From assembly GCA_002269645.1 (NCBI GenBank), contig NIVC01000514.1, positions 493,453 to 557,452 of the forward strand: a DNA stretch of 64,000 bases, read 5' to 3'. Position numbers and translations under genes: made by a program. Position 1 is the stretch's first letter. Each line of letters opens with the position of its first letter. Below are positions 1 to 12,200 of the stretch, piece by piece. The stretch is from Macrostomum lignano. Its lineage: Eukaryota. Below the pieces are notes generated by a model that ran no database searches, was not told the DNA's origin, and was given only the letters and a program-made list of their open reading frames with translations.

Positions 1-3000
1 TTTTTAAACTTTGTTCAATTCCAGCTTTGTACTTGAGGATAATATCAATCCTAGTAGTACATTGGCCGAATAGTGCACTTTTATCAGACTTTTCATCCAA
101 TTTGAATGCTTGATCGGATGTAACCTCTTGATCAGCCTGATCCACTTGATCTGTTTGATCGGATGTAACCTCTTGATCAGCCTGATCCACTTGATCTGTT
201 TGATCGGATGTAACCTTTTGATCAGCCTGATCCACTTGATCTGTTTGATCGGATGTAACCTTTTGATCAGCCTGATCCACTTGATCTGTTTGATCGGATG
301 TAACCTTTTGATCAGCCTGATCCACTTGATCTGTTTGATCGGATGTAACCTCTTGATCAGCCTGATCCACTTGATCAGCTTGATCCACTTGATCTGTTTC
401 ATCCGCTTTTAATCTTGCTCCAGAAAAAAACTGAGTCCACAAGGCGTGGGCTAGCCACGTTTCCTTAATTCTTGTTTTGGCTTCCTGCAAGTCGTTTTTG
501 ATATCTTCAATGCCGCTATCACCTTTCATTATCTTCGCATACGCTCTATTGTAGTAGGCTATTGAAGACCAGGCGCAATTCATTGCAATAGCTGTAGTAT
601 ATAAATCAATTGCTTTTTGGAAATCCTCTTGTCGTAAACATTTGTCCGCAAGTTTTAGAGTTTGAAACGGACTCATTAAACAATCTGATTCAATATTTTT
701 TGTGGCGTCCTTGAAAGTTTCCTTGACTTCTCTAATATACTTGTCTGTGTTTGGTTTGCTAAAGTCGGCAGTGTGGCACAAAATTGTCTTTAGATGCATT
801 CCCCAGATTTCTTTCAGACAGTTTAATTTGAGCTTTAGGTCTATATCATCCTTATTTGCCTGGCGGTACTTTGTTAATGAGCGACTGAAGCGACGAAACA
901 GACTTTCCTTGAATTCTACTTCAGGCATAGAAAATTCCGTATGATTTCGCAGCTCTTGTAAACTGGCCTCCCGCCTCACTTGCTTCATCTCCTCTACCGA
1001 GTCGCAGTCAGCAAAGCAAGCGCTAAGACCCTCCTGGCTTAGAATTAATGTCGCAGAACCCCGCTGACCCTTGCGTCCACTGCGACCACACACTTGCTCC
1101 TCGACTCGCTGATTCAAGGGGAGAAATGTGACAAGTACGTGCAGACCTCCAGCTGCCTCTGCTTCATCGTTTACTTTCACGTCCGTGCCTCTGCCTGCCA
1201 AATTCGTGGCCACAATCACATCTCCTGGACCAACAATCAGCTCAGACTTTGTATCTTCGTTCCTGATGTACCTTTTAGGCGTAACCCCGTGACATCGGCG
1301 AGTTACCTCGTTGAGAACGAGATCAGCACTGTTTATGTCCTCACAAACAATCAGAGTTGGCCGGTGCCTTTCCTTCTTTACTAGCTGGCAAAGCTTTGAG
1401 ATGCACTCAGATTTGGTTTCGGTGACAATGCCCGGGTTCTCTACTAGCCGGCGTTCCCTGAACGGAGGAATATAGTTTAGCTGTACTTTGTAGGTTTTGC
1501 GCATGAACTCCTTCTCGTGCTCCTCCCCGAGAGTCCCAGAAACGCCGAACACCGCGGTGCCATACCGACGGAAAAAATATAAATTTGATAAAAAGTTTGT
1601 TTCTAAACCAAGAGGTCTCATTTGTAGACGATGCTTCAGCTGCAGGAACTGCTGCAGTCCATCGCTCCATCTCATGTTTTCTTGAACCACACCTGTGTGC
1701 TTGAAGTCCACAGGCACAGCATCTCCGTCCTGCAAGAGGTAGTCGCGTCCGGGCTGCAGAACTCCTGCGGTGAGAGCACTGTTGATCCAGACGTCAAGCA
1801 TATCGTCGATGAACCCTTTCAGGTGTTTTGGCATCGGCAGTTGCTTTTCCTTGCTAGTTACTTCCGTTTTAGAGTCGTCAGTTGAATCCTTTAAGGATGT
1901 GCTGTAATTAATTTGGGATTGAACATCCTCTCTTTTTTTCGAAATGAAGTCCTCAATATTGGCGAACAGCAATCTGCAGACACCGCCTTGGTTCACGAGA
2001 AGATGCGTGGAACAGTCTTCTGAATGCTCCAGTGGTTCTATTTCCGCATTTCTGTAGATGTAGATGTTGCACCTGGGAAACTGGAGCAAGGAATCTGCGG
2101 CAGTGGTTAGAATTTCTCTTACTCTGCCGATATCGAATTGAGATAAATCAACGGGATCTACAGTCTGATTCAAGAAGTCCTTCTTTTCCTCTGAGTTTAT
2201 CAGTTCTTTCTGAAGTAGCGTTTCAATTAACTCATTGAATTCCTCATCGGACGTTAGTTCTTTAAGGAAGTAGAGAAATGTCATTGCCTGCTCTGCAACC
2301 ATTTCACCTCCATGCACGGTGTTTAGAACCTGACAACCGAATGTGGCTCTGAAAATCGTCGGAAAAACTGGGTCCAGCATTTTCATGTCTCCCACATCCT
2401 GAGAAAGATACGTTAGCTGCACTCCCTGGTCGAGCAGCAGTGAATCGACCTCATCCACAATAACTGCGTCGAAGCTTCTTGTGCCACGAATTTCTTTAAA
2501 CTGGAACTCGTGCCGCAAAACGTCACCTGCAAATGAAGACACCGTGCCATACACTATTTTGGACTCATAACACTCTTTTGGTTTTTTATGATTAATGTTG
2601 CAGCTAACGGTAACTTTGCATTCTTGATAAAAATCGTGCCATTCTTGGCAGTCTCTTTCAGCCAGAACTTCAGAGGGTGCAACGACGTCAACTGACGTCC
2701 TCCCGAGAAGCAGAAGTCCGACGGCGGTCATTGCCACAATGCACGATTTTCCTTCGCCAGTCAGAATCTGCAAAATTTGTCCAAATTTCTTGCTAGCAGA
2801 GCTTTTGAGCAAGGCAGCAGCACTGAGAAGTTGAGTGTTCCGCGGAAGATATCCTTTACATTTTCTCACTGCCTTTGACAGATCAATCAAAATTTTGTGC
2901 AATGGTGGTTCCTTTCCACGCTCCCATAGTTTGATTTTGCTAAGCTTTTCGGTGATAGTTTTTTTTGCTTTGCTAAATCCGGACATATCAAAATATTTCG

Positions 3001-5203
3001 CGGTTTTACTGACGACATCTTCAAGCTCGGAAAGCTGATCGTCTTCAAATCCTCCTGATTCCTTAAGTTCAGCTAGAAGCTCGCCGAGAGTCCTCTGCGC
3101 TGCCTGATCCTTTTCAAGTCGCTCAATGGTGGCCTTTGAAATAGTCTCGCTGGAATCCAGAAGACCTTTCAAATCGCAGCGGCTCAAAATCATCATCTGG
3201 ACGACCTGTCTTACTTGATCAGGTGTCGAGTCACTAGAGTGAATGAGCTCCATTAGCTTGAGCGTGCTTGCCGAATCCCAGTGATGCATTGACAGAATGA
3301 GCTCAACCACACATTCGGTGTCCGATTTGTTATCAAGATAGTCGGCGATGCCAGCAGTTTTCAGCATTGCTATCAAGACGGATCGGAGTCTCTTCAAGTC
3401 GGTGTCTGTATTCTGGGTAGGCCAGAGTCGAGTAATATCTTCAGCCACTAAGAGTAGCTTGAGCAGAATTTTTATGACAGGAGTTGTCTCATTCTGCTTT
3501 TTTGCCATTAGCAGCTTATCCAGATGCTCTATGGCACAATTTGTGTCACGGAACTGACGATAAAGTTCATCCATCTCATCTTCGTTCGAAAGGTCTTCAG
3601 CGGGTTCCTCTTTAAATAAAAGCAAAACCAGCAAGCCATAATACACCATGTCGATTTCTGTTTTCGGAAAGCAAAATTCTATGAGAACCTTGTTTGCAGC
3701 GTCTACCACTTGGCCAGCCGACTCTTCATCTAGCAGCTTCAGAAGCGACAAGTGTGTCGCCATTTGATTCTCTTTATTGGGCTGAGGAATTCGTGACTTC
3801 CAATGACTATAAAAATGATTCAGGAATTGCGATCTTGAAACGGCTTCTACAGTTCTCAAAGCATTTTGACCACTCGCATTCTGACTTGCGTCTTTGAGAC
3901 GGGTAAAAACATCTCCGACAGCATTTTCAATGCTTTTATCTATTTGGCTCCTGATATCTGCAACAGTAGCATCGGAAACTCCAAGGCTTGCATAGTCTTT
4001 TGCACACTTGCCGCGCACATGCTGTATCGAGACTCTCAAGCCTTTGAACAATCTCTGCATTTCTTTTGCTCTATGGTTTTCCCTTGCTGTTGCCACCTGC
4101 CGTCCAAATTTCTCTGTTTTCTGTAGGTTCTCAGACGCTTGCTGATTTCTCCTTATCTTTGCTCGCTGCTCTTCAATTCTTCTTGAGATATCGGCCTCTC
4201 TTTCAGCTAGTTCAGCTTCGAACTCTCTTCTTCCTTTTTCAAGCTCCTCCTGCTGCGACTGCAGTCTCTTCTTCATCTCCAAGCTATGCTCTTCCATCTC
4301 AATCTGCTTCTTCTGCATCTCGCTCTGAAAGCGATCTTTCCTTTCTTTAAACTGCGCTTGCAGACGAGCTCTGTGTTGATCAGCTTCCGCATTGAGGCTG
4401 TTAAACCTTGCACTTGTCTCTGACGTAATCCGCTCCTTTTGGTGCCGAAAGCTTTCCAGTCTTTCCATTCGAATCTTTTCCACCTCTTTTTGTTCCTCCA
4501 GCAAATCCTGTTGGCCTTTATATTTCCAGTCTGTCTTTTGCTTCTGCAGTTGAGAGAAAAGCTTTTCTCGATTCTTATTCTGCTGGGAAGAACTCTCAGC
4601 CTGCCTGCCTAACCTGTCTTTTTGCATCTCCTGGCACCTTCTTTTGAACTCATCTTCTCTGCGGCTGAATGCGTTTAATGCCCTGCTTCTTTCTGAATTC
4701 CACGCCTCCCATTTTTTTCTGTTTTCTTCTCGGATCCTATCCTGCTGATCCTTCTGCTCTTTTATCTTTCTTTCGTCAAAGAGTGTCCGTTCTCTGTCAC
4801 TCTGCTTCAGCTGCTCTCGAGCTGTTTGCATTCTTTGCTCCCGCTCTCTGCGTTTCCTGTCAGCAAACATAGACTTCGTTTCATATTTATATTCTGCCTC
4901 CTGTTTGCCGTCATAGCTCAGATGAATAAATCCCTCTGCCGGTGAATCCAGCTTCCATTCTTTGTTTCTGATCCCATTGCACCAAGACTGCATGTTTGGG
5001 TTTTGAATGGTCTCGTGTTTACCGTGCATTCCGTGTTTGAAGTAAATGTTAACCGGTAGACCTGCGTAGTCATAATGAACTGATCTACCAGATGGCAAAT
5101 TGATGAGCTCGGATCCAGCACCAACTCCTATCACCTTGTACTTCGCTGCCACGCTCCAGTCCTCTTCTGTGTCGTTACAGAGCTTGCTCCCGGTGTTGCC
5201 CAT
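1..5203 (-). CDS. Large SecA-DEAD-like ATPase-domain protein (eukaryotic SecA-like family), >1734 aa, C-terminus beyond the left edge of the window
   Basis: ATG at 5203 (MGNTGSKLCNDTEEDW...). The same frame (codon first base = 1 mod 3) was confirmed by hand at about 4880-4620, 4138-3600, 2455, 1495, 1369, 1213, 478-360 and position 4; not every codon was checked. SecA motifs in order: YLPRNTQLL (~2850), QILTGEGKS (Walker A, ~2765), IVYGT, FDAVIVDEVDSLLLD (~2455), FFRRY..GVSGT, YKVQLNYIPP, RPTLIVCE, VATNLAGRGTD (~1210), GGLHV, EEQVCGRSGRKG (~1080). E/K/R/Q-rich coiled coil at about 4850-4050. The ORF track omits it because no stop falls inside the window. Confidence 0.9.
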   Translation of the reverse strand, partial: MGNTGSKLCNDTEEDWSVAAKYKVIGVGAGSELINLPSGRSVHYDYAGLPVNIYFKHGMHGKHETIQNPNMQSWCNGIRNKEWKLDSPAEGFIHLSYDGKQEAEYKYETKSMFADRKRREREQRMQTAREQLKQSDRERTLFDERKIKEQKDQQDRIREENRKKWEAWNSERSRALNAFSRREDEFKRRCQEMQKDRLGRQAESSSQQNKNREKLFSQLQKQKTDWKYKGQQDLLEEQKEVEKIRMERLESFRHQKERITSETSARFNSLNAEADQHRARLQAQFKERKDRFQSEMQKKQIEMEEHSLEMKKRLQSQQEELEKGRREFEAELAEREADISRRIEEQRAKIRRNQQASENLQKTEKFGRQVATARENHRAKEMQRLFKGLRVSIQHVRGKCAKDYASLGVSDATVADIRSQIDKSIENAVGDVFTRLKDASQNASGQNALRTVEAVSRSQFLNHFYSHWKSRIPQPNKENQMATHLSLLKLLDEESAGQVVDAANKVLIEFCFPKTEIDMVYYGLLVLLLFKEEPAEDLSNEDEMDELYRQFRDTNCAIEHLDKLLMAKKQNETTPVIKILLKLLLVAEDITRLWPTQNTDTDLKRLRSVLIAMLKTAGIADYLDNKSDTECVVELILSMHHWDSASTLKLMELIHSSDSTPDQVRQVVQMMILSRCDLKGLLDSSETISKATIERLEKDQAAQRTLGELLAELKESGGFEDDQLSELEDVVSKTAKYFDMSGFSKAKKTITEKLSKIKLWERGKEPPLHKILIDLSKAVRKCKGYLPRNTQLLSAAALLKSSASKKFGQILQILTGEGKSCIVAMTAVGLLLLGRTSVDVVAPSEVLAERDCQEWHDFYQECKVTVSCNINHKKPKECYESKIVYGTVSSFAGDVLRHEFQFKEIRGTRSFDAVIVDEVDSLLLDQGVQLTYLSQDVGDMKMLDPVFPTIFRATFGCQVLNTVHGGEMVAEQAMTFLYFLKELTSDEEFNELIETLLQKELINSEEKKDFLNQTVDPVDLSQFDIGRVREILTTAADSLLQFPRCNIYIYRNAEIEPLEHSEDCSTHLLVNQGGVCRLLFANIEDFISKKREDVQSQINYSTSLKDSTDDSKTEVTSKEKQLPMPKHLKGFIDDMLDVWINSALTAGVLQPGRDYLLQDGDAVPVDFKHTGVVQENMRWSDGLQQFLQLKHRLQMRPLGLETNFLSNLYFFRRYGTAVFGVSGTLGEEHEKEFMRKTYKVQLNYIPPFRERRLVENPGIVTETKSECISKLCQLVKKERHRPTLIVCEDINSADLVLNEVTRRCHGVTPKRYIRNEDTKSELIVGPGDVIVATNLAGRGTDVKVNDEAEAAGGLHVLVTFLPLNQRVEEQVCGRSGRKGQRGSATLILSQEGLSACFADCDSVEEMKQVRREASLQELRNHTEFSMPEVEFKESLFRRFSRSLTKYRQANKDDIDLKLKLNCLKEIWGMHLKTILCHTADFSKPNTDKYIREVKETFKDATKNIESDCLMSPFQTLKLADKCLRQEDFQKAIDLYTTAIAMNCAWSSIAYYNRAYAKIMKGDSGIEDIKNDLQEAKTRIKETWLAHALWTQFFSGARLKADETDQVDQADQVDQADQEVTSDQTDQVDQADQKVTSDQTDQVDQADQKVTSDQTDQVDQADQKVTSDQTDQVDQADQEVTSDQTDQVDQADQEVTSDQAFKLDEKSDKSALFGQCTTRIDIILKYKAGIEQSLK
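110..400 (-). repeat. In-frame coding tandem repeat, 45 bp / 15 aa unit (DQTDQVDQADQEVTS or ...KVTS), about 6 copies, inside the SecA-like CDS
   Basis: Unit gatcggatgtaacctcttgatcagcctgatccacttgatctgttt repeats directly and stays open in the SecA-like frame. Confidence 0.9.
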
Positions 5204-6288
5204 GCTGCAAAGTTAATGCAGTTGTTATTAAATTGAAGCAAATCAAAAAACGCACGGACACTAAAAGCAGCAAAAAATGGAGAATGTATGTTCCACGTTC
5301 TACGAGCTCGTACCTCGTTAACGAGAAGTTTGCTTCCACACCCTGATTGCTGCCCACATTCGCTACTGGAGAAGGGTAAGCCATCGATAGCAGGCGCTTT
5401 GGTCTGGAGCTGACCTTCGAGCTTCATTCTAGAGCCAGTTCATTCTAGCTTACGAAAATCCTTATTTTATCCTTTTTATCCAATGGGACCCCAAGGAAGG
5501 GACTTTGGTGGGAAGTCTCGACATTAACTGGTTTAATTCTAGTCAACTGGTCTGACAAGTTATCAATTGCAGTAGTTTGTTCAAATCCCCGCATTGAAAC
5601 TTAATGTATCAAAAAATGTAGTTTTTTTGTAAGCAATAAAATCACAGTGACCAACAGCCTATGAGCTATGAGTATGCAGTCAGATTCCATATTGGAGCTT
5701 CAGTTATAAATTCAAATCCCATGCGAGTACATTATATGCTTGCACAAAGCAATAACGTTTCTTTCTTACCTTTGGGCATGTGACGTGTATAGCAACCAGG
5801 ATCAAGATTTTTAAGCAGTGATTAATCGAGAATTTTTTTATTATGTTTTATATTTATAAATGTCTTACTTACCAGTCCACTTTATCTCATATTTGCGATG
5901 GTGCAAGAATTAGTACCTTGTAGAAGGTAACTGCAAGAAACAAACAGCATGGGTTAGAAATTTAGCGCACTGTAAGTACGCAATTATAGTGTAATACACT
6001 GCAAAATGTACGCAGAAATGGCCCGCCTCCTCGGGTCCATGAGCACACAAAACTGAACTTCTCTTTCTGTTGAACAGTACGAGCGTAGACCGACTGCAGG
6101 TACAGATGAAACTTTCTCACCTTTTAAGAAAGGATAATTTTTTCGTATAGTGAATTTGCATGCACTCTGCCTCTTAGCTGAGCCACAATAAGTGAAGTTG
6201 TCTAGATTCCTAGAACCTCCTTCCCTAACAGGTACATGAATCTACTGTCAGATAAGATTTTCTGACATATTTTTCTCAAAAACTTCAA

Positions 6289-9200
6289 ATGAACGACGAC
6301 GGGCACGACTTAAAGCACCATTTTCGCTTTCTAGTCAAAAACAAAAGATCCACAAGGCAGAATGGAAGCCTGGAAAGTGTGCTCGTCTTTGATTTGGAAG
6401 GACCTCCTTCTTTTTCGTCCAGTAGATGGACAGAAGCGAGCAAGAAGCAAAAGACAAACCACGCGGAAGTCGAAAAATGGTTTGTCAAGTTTAGGAGGAG
6501 CCATGAGGAGGTAAGACCACTTTTGAAGAGATTTTGATTTACATCATTTTCAAATTCAAGGTGCCGCCTGTACTTTAGGTCAAAAGCTCACTGTAATCAG
6601 CAAGCTCACTAGATGCAGAACAATAATTGTAGTCAATTATTTTTCTGAAATCTATAGCACACATACATACAGACAACTCATTTTTTGTATATAGGATCCT
6701 GTGATGCCAGTCGGCTTATTCATACTCGTACCTTTCCTTAAAGCTTGAGGCTAGAGGCTAGCTAGCCTAGATGCATAAGGCTTGTATTGTACGAGCGTAC
6801 TTTACTCTCTCGTGTTGCACTGGCGCATTTGGTGGTGGTTGGCGTTGCAAATCGTCCTGAACAAGTGCAAGCAGTGTAAAGCAGGCTCCTAGCTGCAGGC
6901 TGCAGTCCAAGGACAGCGGGGGAGGCAGGAGTCGCTCATTCCTCATCTAATTAATGAAAAAACGAATTATCTTCCATTTTTTCTCCATTAAGGTTCCAAG
7001 TGAATTTTCAAACAAAACTACTGAGGAACAGTTAGGTGCGAATCAAGTGCAATACTGTGGCTAGACATGCTTTTTGGTCTATTGTCTACACACGTCATTC
7101 CTCTCTTCCCGGGAAATAGGAGTTTATGCGCCATTTTTTAGTTCTCGGCTCACGGTGCGCCGTTGCAAATGAAGAGTCCTTAGCTATCCATACTAGAAAT
7201 TATCTGTACCAAGAATATGTTTTCGTTCCCTGCCATCTTCCACCTTCACCAAAATAGACATGAGCTCGCGCTAGATGGCTTGAGTAACCAAATACTGAGA
7301 TGCGATTCTATCATTCTCAAACCGCTGTGAGCGGACAATAAGTTCGGGCTTGGAGGTAAGTTTGGGACTACTTCGAACAGTGAGCAGTTTTCTCTTTGCT
7401 TGCGATTCTCCTGATCGCCCTGTGTGCTGCAATTCCGCCGAGCGTTTCAACTTGCATTGTTTTATGGAACGGGCGCTCTATAGCTCCCAGTTTATGATAA
7501 GATGACGCGGTTGTGTTCAATCAAAATTCGTCAATGCAGACCTCGAGTTCTTTGTGTTTTTTTACTCCCCATACCCACTCGCTCCAGATCAGATCTACAC
7601 GTGGGATGTAGAAGAAGGGTGTTTGATTTGCGTTTTAGTTTGTAAACAGTGAGTTCGTGCTGCATTTAACCGTCTCTCTATACCCTTGTAGATTAATGTG
7701 TAGTGCGTATGCTGTGTCATCTCAATTCAGAATCGTCCTATTTCCTTTGCTACTCCTTTCAGAGGAAGGAACAATGGAGCTGCAATGTCGAAGTAAATAA
7801 AAAAAGAAGAGAAGTGTCTTTGGCAGTATTAGGCATGACAATCTTGGATAATATCAAAATTAGTTCGACAAAGATCACGGTGGCCGACTGCAAGCAGGAA
7901 TTTAACCAATTGGTCTTGGAGTCCACAAAGGGAATTAATATCTCATCTAGATGCATGCAAGGGTCCAAAATAAAACTTCTTTCTTCAGAAGTTGTGTTGG
8001 CAGAAAGCTCAGTTGTTCAGTGCTCGCAGTTGCTATGCGAATCAACGATCCGGGAGGTGTCATCCAGCCTGATTGTGTTTGGCAGCATCTTGCCGCTTCC
8101 CTGTTCAACTGAGGAAGCTGATGGCAGCCTTTCCATTCGAGTTAATGGAAATATTGTAGTAAAAATGGATGCAAAAATCGGATATTCGGACCGGCATAAA
8201 AAGGCCAAAGAAGTAAGTTTGATCAGTACTGATGGCATAACAAATGTTGGAGTCGTATTTGCTGAACACAAGATAGAAATCTCGGCAAAGCAGATTCGCT
8301 CTCCAGTATCGAGCAAGGAGTCTGCAGCTCGTGTGTCAAAATACCTCAGTAACGCTGGCAAGCAAAGCAAGGCTGAAAGGAAAGCGAGAGACGCCGACAA
8401 GCAACTGATCGATTCGTCCACAGGTGATTCTGCAGCAATGAAAAAGCTGCTATTTTCTGGGGCTGATCCTACATTCAGAGACAAAAAAGGTGAAAGCGCC
8501 ATTGCGAAGCTCAGAAAGGCGATTGCTGATCTGGGAACTGCGCCGAATCCACCAGGTGTCGCTGAAAAGAATAAACTCAATAAGAACGCGATACTCCTGA
8601 AGTGGGAGGCAAACAGTAAGGGAAAATACCAGTCACAGAGTATCTGCTGTCTTGTTAGTGAGGATGTTGCCAACCTCAGCCAGTTTCTGGGTGCAAAAGT
8701 TCATCTTGAAATTGGTGGGGATGCGTTTGTCGAAGAAAGGTCTGTATGGAAAAGTGGGTCAATCAGCGGTTGGTGCCGCGGTAGGCTCAATGTCCAAGGA
8801 GAAGTCAAGATAGAAGAGCTGAATAAATTCGAGGTTGGAAAATGCAGAGTCCAAGCAGGGGCAGAATTGTGGTTAGTGAATGGCGGTACATTAAGAGTAG
8901 TACGTAGTCTTGAAAACATTGGATGCATATACAACAGCTTCAAGAAGCTCTCAATGGATGTTGAAAGTTTCTCACAGAGTGTAGTTGCAGCTGCTTATTC
9001 TGAGAAGGAGAACAAAGCTGAGCTTCAAATTATCACAAGGAGACCAAGTGAGTCCGTGTTTGGCAGGCTGGGTGGCTACCGAGTCACCGTCTGCGCATAT
9101 GCTCGGCTTACGCTTCAGGCTGAAGTTGAGGCCATGGAGTCTTTGGTAGGTGTCATTTGTAGTCCAGCTGGTCATATTTCGCTGCAAGGAAATATTAAAA

Positions 9201-12200
9201 TAATCGAAGGACCACTTGTTGTACATTCCTGGCTTCGAACCTGTGGCTTTGGACCTGACGTAGATTTAAACTGCAGCATAGAGTGCGCGGGCATAGTCAT
9301 TCCTGCTGCAACAGTGAACTTTGGTCCTAATAGCCAGTTGCTGTGTCCTCCACAGTGTAGTCCAGAATATTGCGCGAATAGCATCGAAATCGTGTTAAAC
9401 AAAGCTCAAACACAAAGCGGATCAGTATGGGAGTTCTTTACTCGCGAAGTGAGCATCTTCATCGGAACTAAATTCACTCACCAAGGCAGCCTGAAGCTTT
9501 GCAAGAAAGGCGAAACAGGTCTTGAGACAAGAGAAGAGCATGGAGCGTCTGTATACATAAGGGGAAACCGATTTGTTAACAAAGGAATGATAAGTGGCAT
9601 GAAGGCCTTATGCATTGATTTAGACAGTGATTGTGAGCTAGACAGAAACCTTGAAGTACATGACTCCATTTCAGTTTTGACAAGAAAGCATCTTACAATA
9701 TCGTCAAATACTAACTTGAAGTCCGCTAACGGAAGCTTGGCGATCAGTGCAAATTTCATAGCTAATTTTGGTGCTGTTCACAGCCACACGGATTTGATCA
9801 TCGAGTCCGGAGACATTGATAATTCAGCTGGGAGCATTGCATCAGACCATGGAATCGTCTTTATTGCCTGGTTAGGGCCACAGGAAAGCTGCTACCTCGA
9901 GGGCCATGTACAAGCGGGTTCGCAGCTCGTGTGCACAGCAGCAAATTCTAATATGCTGCATATCCACGCCAAATCTCACAGCCAGCCATTGCAACTGCAA
10001 ATTCCAATGAACGGCGCCAGCTTCCAATGCTTGTCAGGATCCGTGCACTTCATTCAAAAGTGTGCTCGCCTGAGCAAACTTTTCTTCATTTAAGAGCTTC
10101 CGAATTAATCGAACTGCAGCGAAGCGTCACTTGCGACACACTCCTCGTTCAGCCGGCCGCGTCTGCTTCGGAGATGAAGCTGACAGTATCGAAACTGGAG
10201 AAAATAGCGGTGGGCTGTTTGTTAATCAGCCACGTGAACGACCGGCAGAACCAAAATGCTAAAGCAATTGTAATTGAAGGCCAGCAAGGGTCAAAATTAA
10301 AATGCAACAAATTTATGGGGTCTGAAATCAGTCTTGAGCTGAAAATAGCCGCTGAAATGGATATGCCAAGCCAGATTATGGCACAGCAGCTGTTTATTTC
10401 ACAGGACTTGACCGTTCAAAGCCAGCAAGGCGTGTGCGGAGAATTTCTAGTCAGCTGCGAAACTGAACTGAAGATTAGTGGCAATGCGGAGTTCGTTGGG
10501 GCAAGCAGCTGTCTTGTGAGAGCTCGCAGACTGTTACTCTGTGATGCGGCCGTACTTCGCCTCTTGCGTCTGACACACGTGACTATTCTGGCAAAGGAAG
10601 TCGTGACTAAAGGTATTTTTTTCGCTTCTTTAAAAGATAAAGACCGTGCCGCGATAGTGATACATGCGGATGAGTTTTATTGTCATGGATTGATTCAGTT
10701 TGGAAGTGAAAGCTCGACAAATCTCATTTTGCATGTCAACGAATGCACAATAAGCGGTCGCATCGTTCACGGCAATCAGCCATCGCTGATGCTGATTGAA
10801 TTCTCCAAAAGTGCCACGGTTCTGCCGGAGAGCGAAATTGATTTAGGGAAACTTCTGCTAATTGGGGGATGCGAAGGTACATGCAATTTTAAGTCTGCAA
10901 CCCTTTCAGTGTCTGAGTTAATGGCTATAAAATCTGTGCGCCGGTTGTCCTGGGAGACCAGCAAAGTCAAGCTGAACCAGGCACGCTTCATTGTAAAAAA
11001 CGTTGAGCAGGTCGCTCTTAAAAAAACTGAAATCATCTGCCCTCAAGGTGTTGTGCTTGACGAGTCACTAGTGGGAAGCTATGAAGTGAGCACAGCTAAA
11101 GTAAAAATCTGTGCTCAAAAGTTCACCCTGGAAACTGGTTCCGAGATTCGCAACATTGATACACTTGAAATTCACGCCTGGAAATGCGCCCGTTTTGAAC
11201 TAGGCAGCAAAGTACAATTTTGCAATAACTTTTATCTAAGAAGCAGATTCATTTACTTTCAGGCGTCCGTACACGATACGGGTGGCATTGATTGTCAAGC
11301 GGAAAGTATCGTAGTGACTGGGAGGGTGGATTGCTTTAGATCGCTGTCCATTGCTGCATCTCAGCTGCTGCACAATCAGGGAACGTTGAGTGCAAAAGAT
11401 GTCAGACTCGATGCTACCGCTAAGCTGCACATGTGCTCGAGCAGCGAGGATCAGTTCTACCCAGCGATAATTTCGGCAAAAAGCTCACTGCAGCTGAATA
11501 GCTACATCATGTTGTCTATATATGCCGAACTACGCAGCCCCACAATAGCAGTCAAGAACATTGCTCACTTTGGCTTTGCTGAGCACGTGTGCACAACAGG
11601 CGAATCTAAAGTTGGGCAACAAAGCGCGAGTCGTGAAGAAGTTGAAAAATTCCTGGGTGCCAACTCTACAGTTGTCCCCAGCCAAACAGCGAGATGCAAA
11701 ATCTATTTGAATTCATGGTGCTTGAATCGGTAAAAATGTTTTTAGAAGATCACAGCGGTGTGCACAGCTCGTCTTCACTGCCACTAAATGGTTGGCAGAG
11801 ACGCTAAAACGAATCCGGACTTCTAGCCCTGAGCAAAATTCAATGGATGAATTCGTTTGTTTAGTCGCGAAGCTCACTAATGCGGTCAGAGAAGGCTCGC
11901 CTGAGCCAGAGAAGAACTAATCGCCTTCTGGGAAGAATTATGCCACAGCGACTGGCTTCCGCTAAAGCTTCAAGGATTTTCGAACGCAGCCACTGCTGTG
12001 TCTGGTGGGGCCAACTCGAATAGAAGCGGCGAAAATAATTCACGAGTGCAAATTCTGGCGTTGCGATGGGTCCATATCCGTAAAGGACGGAGTCCTCATC
12101 AAGGCTGTCCACGTGCAGCTGTGGTCCGAACAGCCAACAACTTGGCTTGTGTGCACTGCAGATGTGCACATTTTAGCGGATGAAAAATTGAGAGTTCGAT

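Noticed and set aside
4-412. Track ORFs 4-402 (-) and 110-412 (+) with repeated IKQIKW/CNLLIS units
   Set aside because: Alternative frames of the 45 bp repeat; the true frame is the long SecA-like CDS.
1-5203. Bacterial secA gene or contaminant contig
   Set aside because: It has a long eukaryote-style N-terminal extension, a splice acceptor before the ATG, no Shine-Dalgarno or operon context, and is contiguous with LINE and intron-containing genes.
7119-7356. Possible extra exon of the beta-helix gene (acceptor ~7118, donor GAG|gtaagt ~7356)
   Set aside because: It reads protein-like only with several assumed indels, so it is not supportable as a separate feature.
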